A stretch of DNA of 64,000 bases from Raillietiella orientalis. Taxonomy: Eukaryota. The DNA is taken from contig JAYWIR010000058.1 in assembly GCA_036172245.1 (NCBI GenBank), positions 496,001 to 560,000 of the forward strand, in the 5' to 3' direction. A program made the translations under genes and the position numbers. The notes under the pieces were generated by a model, which saw nothing but the letters and a program-made list of their open reading frames with translations, was not told where the DNA came from and ran no database searches. Of this stretch, positions 26,401 through 38,400 are shown piece by piece. Each line of letters begins with the position of its first letter. The first letter of the stretch is position 1.

Positions 26401-29400
26401 CAAGCTGCAGTTTGTTCGGTTTTTCCCACACGTGGAGCCTCTTGGAGGACCATGGGTATCAGACTGCCAAGAAGACAAGACTCTCTTACCTGTTTCCTGA
26501 CAGTGGAACAGTTCAGCGAGAAGATCGTCTTTAGGAAACGATTCTACCCAGGTAACAGAAGAAGCTAGCCATGAATACATTATACAAATGGAGTAAGAAG
26601 TCATCAGATGGGGGGCAGACAGGATTGAAGGAGGAATGAGGAAGTGAAATTGCCACGTCGATGTCACAGCGAATCTAAGAAACTTTTCCTTCCTCCTTGA
26701 ATCGAAAGGAGCAAGTACCCATGAATGCATAAAATCGTGTCTATCGCAAAATGAGAAAAAGGAGAAAGGACAGAGATGAAGGCGGCAATGATCTTAAAAG
26801 CTCCTCCAGACTTATCTTGCCTGTGTGTGTTACAAGAAAAAAAGGAAGCCAATATTTTGGTAGATAGGATACACTGATTGGCATCCCTCTGCTACGACGA
26901 ACGGTAAAAAAAAAAAAAAAAAAAAAAAAAATCTTTTGGCGCTGTCCTTGCTGTATTTGCCACGACCAGATAGTGGTATTCATGACTCTTGTTTCACGTT
27001 ACGTTGCCAAGGGCGAAGTTAGCGCCACGAATCGAATTTTTCCAAGTCCAAATGCATTCATTCCGGGATGCAATGTCTTCAAAGCCAGCTAGTGAGAGTT
27101 TGGAGGGAAAGACTGGGCAAACTGTCTATATCCTAGTCACTCCTCTGTACGGACCAATGCTACTTCTCTGAAACTCTTCATTCAACAGTTTGGCTCAGCT
27201 TTGAGCTGTCAACATCCAGTGAACCTCCCGTGTCCGTGAACACCTGCGAGAGGTCCTCTCAGTGTTGGAGATTGCCCTTTCTAATAGTTTCCTCGAATGC
27301 GGTCAAACGTGACTCCTGTCCCGTGAGACGCTTGGCTCTCCTGAGGGATAGCCGGTTCTCGTGATGCCCTTTGGCTATTAGTTCTTGGAAATCGGGGCTC
27401 TGTCTCTGCTTTCTGCACTTCCGTAGCACCCGAACGCCCGCTCACTTTAAGCGGAATGTGAACTTATGTGGAGACTTTAGGGATAGACTGGTGGAGGAAG
27501 GACCGGTGGAAGAAAGGAAGAGAAATGGAAAAGAAGCACGTCTCCAAAGTGCCAATGCACTTACGCAATTTTTTTTTTCTAATTCCCGGAATCAGTCTCG
27601 TGAACTCTGCAGGATTGATCGTAGGAAAGCACCACGTGATAGTGTTCAACTTCGTTAACGCATATCTTCTGAGGAAACTGAAGAAATGAAAGAGAGCAAG
27701 AAATGAAAAGTAGATTTCTTTATCGTGCAGGAAGTTACAAAGGGACTGTACCCTCTTTGTAATCCCAGTTTTTGAACACGTTGCCGATGCTCCGTTTTTC
27801 TTAACATGTACCAAATTTCAGAAACATAGCTAAAGCCTCCTTTTCGGGGGGTGTAAATGTGTACCGTTGAAGTATAATTTCCTGTCTGTGTGCTCGAAGC
27901 TACATCCTTATTGTCTTTAATATTTCGTCGGCAGGGGTTTTGTACTTTTGAGTTGCCATTTGAGTTGAGGCATTATTTTGGTGTTTATCCTTGCAACCAA
28001 GCTCTGCAAGAAATTGTTCACTTCACGATCTGTACAAACCGGCGAGCCTCACGTTGATAACTGTTCTGCTTTTCCGTCAACCAGCTGCATTTCTTACCTA
28101 TCCACAAACTCGTCAGGGTTCTTATCGACAATTTCGAATTGATCCTCTAAGATGAAAGTCGGTGATATCTCTTCCGCTTCCAGAAAAACAAATTATCCCC
28201 GTAAAAATAGTTCCTCTCCCCCCCCCATCTTTCCCCGCCTCTCCCGAAGGAACGTCCGTTTCTTTTTTTTTGAATAAATTTTTCTGCAGGCGTAAGACAC
28301 CTCGTTCTTGACCATTCACACAAAATGGAATATAGCGCATGTATGTTTCTTGAGAGAAATATTCGAAGTAATGGATAATATAACCTGCTAGGGATCATGT
28401 AACTAGAAGACAACTTCACTTGGGAGGGAGGGGCATTTTGTGATACCTTAAAATACATTTCACTTAGAATGCCTTCAAGAGAAGGTACATTGAAAAGTAT
28501 TTTGGGAAGAGGCTTTTTTTGTTACTATTGTTATTCATTTTGAGGCTGCAAAAACTTCACGTGGTTGTATGCCGGAACAGGATACAGTCAGCAGTGCTGA
28601 GATGTGTGCTGTGTCGCATGTTTTAATTCAATGCCGGGAGGTCATTTTTCAATGTGGATATTACCGCATTGGTTCTGTTGAAATGAGTTCCCTTGTACTT
28701 CTGTTGCGTGATATGGAGTCATCATCTTAAGACACCACTTTCCCAAGGAGAAAATATGCAAGTGCTTGGAAGTAGTACAATTTAGAATTCCATGAGATCC
28801 TCTTATAACTGATTTTAAGAAATTGTGCCCCTTATAAAGTTGGTGTTACGTGTTTCTTCTCGTTCGCCATACAGAAATAAAGTGCTTGGTCCATCAGTGG
28901 ACACTAACTGGTTTCACGGCATGAAGATCAATCATCTGTGTTAAGAGATATTTACTAGAACACAGCTTTGGAATGTTTGAAGATGCTGAGGAGTGTGCTG
29001 CAGTCTTTTCCTTTTTCTAAGTTTTTCTTTTTTTTTTTTGAGGAGACATCTTCATATAAAGAAATAGGCAACTGAAAACAGAGAAAAACTGTTATGATGG
29101 TAACACCACTTGCAGATCCCTAAATACATTCGAAGATAAACATTTTTGTCTCAGAATATCAAATCACGAGCTGGAAATCCAATTTTTATTCCTACACATT
29201 GATTCAGTATATGTGGATGCCTCTTTTGCGAACATTGTGCTGCCAAACAGAAAGGGATGGGAAAGAACTTGTACACCCAACATTCGATGTCTGCTGTTCC
29301 AAAGGAAACAGCATGATAGGTCGTAGAAGATGGCAATCAGAGGAAAGTGACTACTTGTCTTACTACGTCTCACATCTTTGTTAGTGATTGACTTTTGTGT

Positions 29401-32400
29401 GCCTGTGGATCACGGTAGGCAACTGAAATAGGCACTTAGGCATCTGTGGTACTTAGCTTCCTCCGTGTTTTTTTATTTTTTATTGCTATTCATGTTTCTC
29501 AAGGTGTAATGCAAGCTTAGTGTGTTACTGTGGTGAATTCGTTCTTTACGTGTTTTAAATTCCTGATACGTGTACCAAATGTTCATGAGCTGTAGTCGTC
29601 AACTTGCACTGCATGGTGTAAGCGTATAATTTTCTTCTTTTCGTATACCGTAAACGTCACCGTGGGATGTATCTTTGAGGATTCATTGTTCTGATATCTT
29701 TTTCCTCGTCAACACTGGTTCTGGAAACTGTAGATCTTGTTCTATTTCATTTTTTTATTGCATTTCATTTGATTTTTTCTGCAATCATTGGTTACCTTGG
29801 AAATTTCTCGAGTCTCAGCCTAACTTTTGATTAACTGTTGTGGTATTTTGAAAAACCTCAAATTTTTTTTAAAATGATAACCTGATGGTGATCATACGGG
29901 ATTGACCGTGTCTAACACAATCTGCAAGGAAACAAACAACTTTTCGTTGTTTTCTTTATAGTTTTAGCTGCCATCAATAATCTTCTTTGTGAACCGAGCA
30001 CAATGTTTTTATGATAACTCGCGCTCACGAATCCACAAACATGTCGATGTAGTTTCGTCCCATGTCAGTAACGTTCATGGACTGCATAGTAGCGGAAAAT
30101 CCTCCGCTCACATACTTTTCACGGTATGATTTCGAATGCGTTACTGTTGCTTCTGTCCACAGTCATGTTTTGGCAATCTCCATGAGCGTGTTTTCTCATC
30201 TCTAATACTGAGCACTGCTTTCGTTGTTATTGTGCCAACTTTTATATAACAATTTTGGATTCCTCTGTAATATTTTTGGGAGCACATCCACTGGGTTTGT
30301 CGCACATTTTTGCAAGCGTTTGTGAATGTGACATGTTTGTAATCGCATATCAAAATATTGTGTACAAAAGAATCAAAAATGCATTGAAAGATGTATTAGA
30401 TCATCTATACAATTGAATGAATTTATTTTTTTGAGTCAAAGTTGACTAATTTCGCATCATCATGTACATTGTAGGCTTGTGCCAACTGGGAATACTCATT
30501 GGAAACTTGGACTATCTAGCCCCTATTCTGTCTAATTTTTTTCTAATGTGCTATGGATTTGTCAATCTGGCATGCGCTGTGCAAACACTCCTAAAAACAC
30601 CCAACTGGAGACCAAGATTTAAGTTTTATCATTGGTAAAGTGACTATAAGTATTGCTATTGTGTCCCAAATCTCAGATATGTACGCGCGCGCTCTTGAAC
30701 GGATGATGATTTCTGGAGCAAAAGAACGGCAGCGTCTCGAAATTCATTTGTAAACAATAAATGAGCTATGTGCTGAAAAGTTGAAGCTTTACTCTGTTGT
30801 TGAGTTAAATCTGCCGAAAGTTATCGTAGAAAACGTATTAATGAGCAATGGATGTGAGTAAATACGAACGACAGAAAGAGTTGTGCGCGCTCGTAATGTC
30901 AAAAATTGCTCTATTTGTTTTTCTCCCCTCTACTTATTTTTAAATTTAATTCCTGAACTCTTATACTAAATAGCATGAGCGTAAATATTCAGTGCCTCAC
31001 TCCCAAATTCGAAACTCATTCTTAAGGATCGCGTTCCAAGATCACCCTCATCGTCTTGTGAATCACACGCATGTTGTTGCAGTGCATTTCATTGCCGGTG
31101 CTCGATTTCTTGATTCTAATTATGTTTTCCTTTTCAGGTCATTATCTCTGTCTGGCGTATCCTTGTGTTTGTCCATCATGTTCATGACAGGATGGTACTT
31201 TGCTCTAATATCCATCGCCATTGCAGTGATAATTTACAAGTACATCGAATACTGTGGGTAAGGTATTGATTTATGTACTATCACAACACGCATCGAATTC
31301 GAGTCAGAATACAGTGGTGTGGTTTGGAATACAGTCGTTCGCTTTTTTCCTCCCTCTCCATCGTTGCTGCCTTTTTTTGTTTTTTCCTACTCATAATACT
31401 AGTTTGGAAGGGCGAAAAGTTATGGCATTTCTGTCCTCCCTACATGACTACATCCTGGCAGTTCTGCTCAGCAAGGAGTTTAGGGCATGGTGGGCTTTTT
31501 TAATCATGGTTCCAATCTCAAGCGGCTTCATCAGGATCTTTGATAGAGTATGATCATCACGAAACTCTTCCAATCTCAAGCTTGTTCATGCTTTGATTTT
31601 AGTAGATGAGCATCTTGACCTGGTTTTTTTTTAATGCATATATATATACATACATACTCTTTTCCGTGATTTCCAGTGCTTTGTTTAATGAGCAACACTT
31701 CATCAGCGCTTGCTGTTCTATCCACACACTAATAAGCTTCACATCATACGAAACAGAAGAACGTCTTCTCCAGACAGTGCAAATCGCTACTCCAATTTCT
31801 GGGTAGCATATTTTCACTCTTTACACTTTCTGGGTAGCTTACTTTCACTAATCTTTCGTTACTTATAGAGAGGATGGGAAAGAAGGAAAGCACCCAAATG
31901 CACAACTATGACGCGTAGAGTTGCTGAATGTCCACTCGTATCTTATGTAGATCATACACAAAACTTGCAAACATCTTTTCTTCAGCAAGAGAATCATTTT
32001 TAAGGGCAAGCAGGTTTATTTTCTTCTCGGAAATCACTAAGAAGAATTTATTAAGTTGTCCATGACCTTGCTTGGCATCGCTGCTATCAGGAAAATCTTT
32101 TTTATCCGTCATTCACATTGTGTTTTTTGTCCCAAGATTTCCGATGTGCACTACTGTAGAGCGGACATTGTAAATAGGAGCTGCATTCGCGTTCATGCAG
32201 TGAAATGATTCTCATGATCTGGCACTTTGATTTACACGTTTGTGTGTTTTCTTTTTCTTTTATCAGAGCCGAAAAAGAATGGGGTGATGGTTTGAATGGA
32301 CTCGCACTTTCTGCAGCAAGTTTTGCCTTACTGCGTCTGGAGGAAGGCCCCCCTCACACAAAAAACTGGAGACCTCAGATTTTAATCCTGACGGATTTGG

Positions 32401-35400
32401 ACGCGGAACTGCAGCCGAAGCACCAGCAACTGTTTTCTCTTGCTTCGCAGATGAAAGCAGGGATGGGTCTGACTATTGCAGTCTCCGTAATTCAAGGAAA
32501 CTACGTGAAATCATTCCACAAGTCTTCAGAAGCAAAGCGAAACATCAAGGAGATTATGAGTGAAGAGAAAGTCAAGGGGTTCTGCGATGTCCTCATCTCC
32601 GAAGATGTCACTCAAGGAATCATGCACTTGTAGGTTTGCTGTATTTTTTCTTCTTCGGAGCGGCTTCGCTTCGTTCGCTAGGATTCAGACTTCCGGTTTG
32701 GGCGGACTGAAGCCAAACACGGTGATGTTGGGCTGGCCTGCCGAATGGAAGAAAACTGAGGACGTGAAATCTTGGAAAATATTCATTGACACTCTGCGAA
32801 TGATATCTGCATCCCGAATGGCAGTGATTGTGCCCAAAGGAATCGATAAGTTTCCCCAATCGAACCAAAAAGTAAAAGTTTTATTGGGCGTAGGCGAAGT
32901 AATCAAACTTTTCTAGTTGTCAGGAACTATAGATGTCTGGTGGATTGTCCATGATGGCGGACTGCTAATGCTGATACCATTTTTACTATGCCAGCATAAA
33001 GCATGGAAAAACTGTCGGATGCGCATATTTACTGTTGCTCAGATGGAAGATAATTCTGTTCAGATCAAGAAAGACCTTAAGCAGTTCCTGTATCACTTGC
33101 GTATCGAAGCGGATGTCGAAGTGGTTGAGATGGTGAGCCATATTGAATTCTGCGTTGTATTCTCCTGTTTTATTTTGCATATCTACGTTCTTGCAGACCA
33201 ATAATGACATTTCCGCGTACACTTACGAGAAGACACTGATGATGGAAAGAAGAAGTCACATGATGAAGACACTGAGAATTAATGAAAATGACCGAATAGA
33301 CTTGGTAATTTACTCCTATGCTCAGTTTGTATGTGTACAAATTGTGTTTCAGTCAGCATTTTTCGTAGAGAGAAGACAGAGTTTGGTTAGAGAAGAAATA
33401 CCTTTGTCTCTGGTCAGTAAACAGTTCACTTGTTCTTTCCTTTCATTTGTAATGCTCTGTGACGAATGAAGAGCAGAACGGGGAAGTCCTTGTCATTTGG
33501 CGATCACTAATTTTTGATTGATGGTGCCATGTTCTGTCCAGCTAGTCGATTAGCCTCCCTAGTGAATGGTTCATTTGTTTCGTTTTGCTCACATTTTCTC
33601 ATATCGTTTCCCATTTTGCAGTTTTCTATTTGACTATTTCTATCTAACGTTTTCTATTTAATTTGGAAGACATTAAAGGTTTCGATTTTGCAGATGAATT
33701 TGTGTTCGTGATTTTGTGTACTGAATTCTATCGCAGATTTTTACGTGTTTGTCACTTGCCCTCGGAACTATCTCGTCTTCGTGTTCCTTCACGCCTACAA
33801 TTGGAAGTATCTTCAGTGCACCGCGAGGGTCTTTCGGAAAATTGGCTACAGATCTTACTCTTAGTATTTCGGTTTGCAGGTGAAAAAATTATTCATGATT
33901 ATTGGATGTAGTTGCCGTGATTGCAGCGTTCGTTATCTCGGGTTGATAGCTGTTGGAACAGCTATACGTGATAAAATCTTTTCTGAAGACGTCTGAAATG
34001 GAATAATGGAGGAACATAGGAAGGAAACTTGGAACTTGCATTGTTGTACTTTCTCTCCTTTGGTTTGTTCACATTAACAAATGCTTGTGCCATCCCGTTA
34101 ATGATTTCGCCTCATTTCATTTTCACGATTTATCGATTTTGATGATGTCGGCGTTTTAGTAAGAGACATTCTTCATGATGGAGACGTGGAGCTCCAAACA
34201 GTCTGCTTGTTTCAAAAGCAGTCACGACCTATTCCCATTCGAGAAAACGTTAAACGGCTTCCTTTGAAGATGTTTAACGTTCGAAGCAATCGAACTGAAG
34301 CCGAATTCCTGGCTTCAGTTTTGCGAAATGAAGCTTGTGGGATGATTTGCTGATACCTATTTACTTAGGTGCTGAGGCCGAAAGAGCGGACTGGTCAGGA
34401 AACTGAACCTATAACATATTTTACTCTGCAATTGATGAAAATTTATCGAAAGTTTGCATTTGGCCTTTTGTTTTTATGAAACTGCATTCTGTTATCGCGC
34501 TCTCGATTTCGTCGTATTTGTGAGTTTCCTCCAAGGAACACTATTGTTAGCAGATTTTTCGAAGAAATTTAATCCGTTGAAACATAGGAGAAGACTGCCT
34601 CGACTAGAATCCAGTTGACTGTTTTGAGTCAAGATTGAATCCAAGTTTCGTGAATACGGACTCCCAGCTGCTAGGGAAACATTCCTGGATCAATTTATCT
34701 TCGTCTCTAGGAGTAGTTTGCGGTTATAACTTTATAACTTGCATTTAGCAAGCCAAGATAGCATTTACGGAAACATTCAAAAGAGTGAATAACTATCTAG
34801 GGCAGGAAGCATTCCAGAATCATTGCGTTTGTTAAGACTTGCGTCGCATGGTATGCAGGAAAAAAACAATTAAAACAGGAACAATCAAATATTGCATACT
34901 CCCGACCATATTTTTAAAAAAACAAAAATCGGTGGATTTTACGCCTGCAAATATAGTCAATGGTCTAACGACTAATTTATCCAGTAAGGTTTTGTGTTAT
35001 TCGCACATCAGTGGATCAAGTTCCAGTGGATCGCACGAGCATTTCTCATTTCGATTGGCAAACGGAGGAATGTGTGTGTCTAGGGACTGTTTCCAAAAGT
35101 ATTCTTACAGTTGGCATTGGTCAATGAGTGTACTGTGGACAGAAAGAGACTGCTCTCTTGCAAGTCTACAAAATCTGCCTTGGTTTGGTTTTATCGTAAT
35201 CGCTTACGTACGTTTTTGTAATAAAAAAAAAAAAAAAAAAAAGGAAAGAAAGGGGAGTTCAATCAACTTTTTTTGTTTTTTTTTGCTATTTGTATGTTTG
35301 CAAGATTTTGCAGCATGCTGCCAGAATTTTTAGCAGCAAATTCCTGTCGATTTCTGATGGCATTCTTATTGAAGATCATTTTCCCCTTTGTTTGAAGCTT

Positions 35401-38400
35401 CTCGCGAAGCAGTATTCCTTGTTTTAGAAAGAGTTTAGAATACTTGGCTGTTCCATCCATTTAAGGAATTTTTTCTCTAGCTCGCGCGCTCGTTGCGCAA
35501 CTACGTCACGTGTACTTCGTTGCTTTCTGGTATTTTGGAATGGAACGGATAGGTTCCGCCGGTCTGTTGAAATTATTGAAAATGTTTCGCAAGTAGAATT
35601 TCCTTACAGTCTGGAAACTCCCGAGTGCATGTGTTTCCTGAGATGCAGAGCAAAAGTACCTAGAAAATGGTGTTCCCAAACTCAATCCAGAAAATCTACA
35701 TCCTTAATTTTCTATTGTGCATTTTCATGTATGTTGCTATCTTGAGGTGATGCTTTCATTGCAACAAAGTTCTCATTTTATAGTGAGGCAGAATGAAGTG
35801 TACCTCTTCTACCATTTAGAACAGCTTTTGCAGATTTGGGAAAGCGGCTTTGTTCAAAATGTTTGACATGAAGCAGCTGTTTTCCTATCGGATTTCATGG
35901 AATAGTAAAGCATCAGAGTAGGTTTCGGGACTGCGGTCCTAGATAAACTTTTCCGTTCAAGCCCAAATAATGCGGTATATTCCCTGTCTCAAATCATCAT
36001 CAGAAGTGTAGGTTTTTCGTTGACTCCATGACCCAGGTTTCTCTGTGTACTATTCAATGGATAATAACACTGAAGTACATAGGCCTGAAAATCTACTGGC
36101 TGAAGATTACAATTAGATCGAAGATGCTGCATTTGATCTGATCGCAATCACGAAGATGCTCCAGGATCCACAATAACAGGATCGACCGGGTCGCGGGAAC
36201 ACATCCGACGTTTCTTCCTTAATTCGGGAAGATTCCGAACTTCCAGCAAATTCTGATTTTCTGACGCTGAATTCATTCAGCGTCACATTTTTAAAAAGCT
36301 TTCCCGTTTGGGAAAACTTTGGATGCCCGTGGATTCTCTTCTACTATGCCCACTGGAGTGCAACCTTTGCAGTTACTCAGGCGATTTTTCCTGCATAGCG
36401 ACGTGCACTGAACACAAAAGTAAGCATCGAGGTGTCTGTACGAAAGACTGCTCAGTCGGGAACGATACATTGGCGATATTCCGAATGTCATTTTAAGAGT
36501 TTTCTCGCTTTCTCGTCAGTGGGATGTTACTGTTCTTTTGTGTTAGAATTCATGCATTTAAGACTTTGAAGGTATGGAGACATCTAGTACTTGCTCGATG
36601 TTTTGACTTCTTTAAGCTGGAAAATGCATCAGTTTGGTACTCGAATTTTTCTCGGAGAATTTCAGTCAGTTCCGCAACGTTTCACGAGGAACAAGTTCGG
36701 TTCCATCGAATACAAAATGCACGCGACGGTAGTTTTCCTGATACATGCTGGAGAACTCATTCGATTGTCGAAGCCATAGCATGGATTTTCAGCTTTCGTA
36801 TCCTTGCACAATAATGAAAACAAACGAGACTTTGAGGGTTCGGACCATGGAGAGCTTTCGTTAAAGCCTCAAACTAGCGAGCGTGTTCGTCGCGGCCTTC
36901 CTTTATGGCTCGGTAAGCATTTTGTAATTCCAGTATTTCACAGAGAAAGATGTTCAAGTTGCCAGAGAAGATATTGCTCCTTGCTGCTTTATTATAATAT
37001 CAATGTGAATCATCGGTGGAATTGATGCTCCCGCTACACACCAAGCAGTGAATGACTTCTGAGTGCATCTACATCTGTGTTCAGTAGATATGTTGACAGT
37101 ATCTGGTCACAATTCAGTAGTGCAAAGCATATCTGTTCGTGTTTACCTCGGAGATTTCAGCTGCTCTGATCAAGGAAGGCTGTCCACCACCTATCAAAGC
37201 TGTATCAGGCCAAATACATCGACTTTGCCAGTATCTGATTTTCCCCATAGGTCTCCACAACCATGACAAAAGTTCTTTTATACAAAAGAACTTTTGTTAC
37301 GGTTGTGTCGACTTTTATACAAAGGTCCGTTTCCTGAAATCCTCCATTCAACTTTTGCAAAGACTGAGGGTATCACTGACGCCGTTGCTGTATTTTTATG
37401 ACTGCGCATGCTTTTCGTTTATGTAAGAATTTTCTATTTCTCTACGCTTTGTGGAGCCTGGCGATTGACATGAAAGCATCGAAATTGAAGGACACCATAG
37501 AGGGCATCCTCATATACAATGCACTGCTTACTCGCTCTTCCTGGTCATTCGTTTCAGTGCATTCGAATCGAGCGTGCAGACTTTTGTCGCCGAGTGAAAA
37601 CGGAGTATCCGTTCCTGCATCTCGTTAATTGCTCAATTCAGTGGAAGCATAACTATTGTCATTACTTCGACTCGCTCAGGTAGCTGGGAAGTGAAACGGT
37701 TTACATCGTAGGCGGACTGTGCAATACATAGAGCGACTTTATCCGTACCAAGCGATTGGAGAGGTCGCAACAGCTAAAAAAGAGATGTATGAGCGCATAC
37801 CATGGTGGACGGGAGGCGGCTCTTGGCACCGCACTCGTTCGACGTGTGCTGGACTGCTCCGAACTTGTTTCAGCGCTCATATCTCGGATATATTTAGAGT
37901 CATTTAAGTGCCTCATAGAATACGGAAGCTGTTAAAATCGGAATTTCGTTTCGGTTTTAACAGTGAGTTAGGAACTTTTACATCATTGTATTCTTTCCGT
38001 TCTTGATTTTTCCTGCCTTTGTTTTTTTCTCGTGGCGGCGAGTAAAGGGTACAGCTTTGGGGAACCGAGAGGATAGGGACGCCTTAGCAGTTGTTACGAA
38101 GCGAAGGATGCGGGCACATTTTGCTAGAACACGTTGCCTTCTTGGCTTTCGGTAAATTGCAGCTTTCCTTGCGATATTCAGCTTAAAGCACTCAATTCAA
38201 GTTATTTTGTTTGCTCAGGACTGCTATTTTCGGTATACAGCCAAGACATCTCACATGTAATGCACGAGTGTATCCCCCCTTTTGTTTGCACCAGAACTTA
38301 AATTTTCTCTTGGGCATTTGTTTCTTCTCCGTGGTTTGCAATTGCATTCGTCTGCATGAACCCTTCGATTTTGTTTTCCCCTGAAAGAGCATGCATCTGC

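Noticed and set aside
35220..35242. AATAAA merging into an A20 run, possible retrocopy tail
   Set aside because: No TSD or recognisable upstream element; homopolymer runs are common in this window.
36117..36230. Possible extra KCC linker exon
   Set aside because: Stops in all frames shortly after the candidate acceptors.
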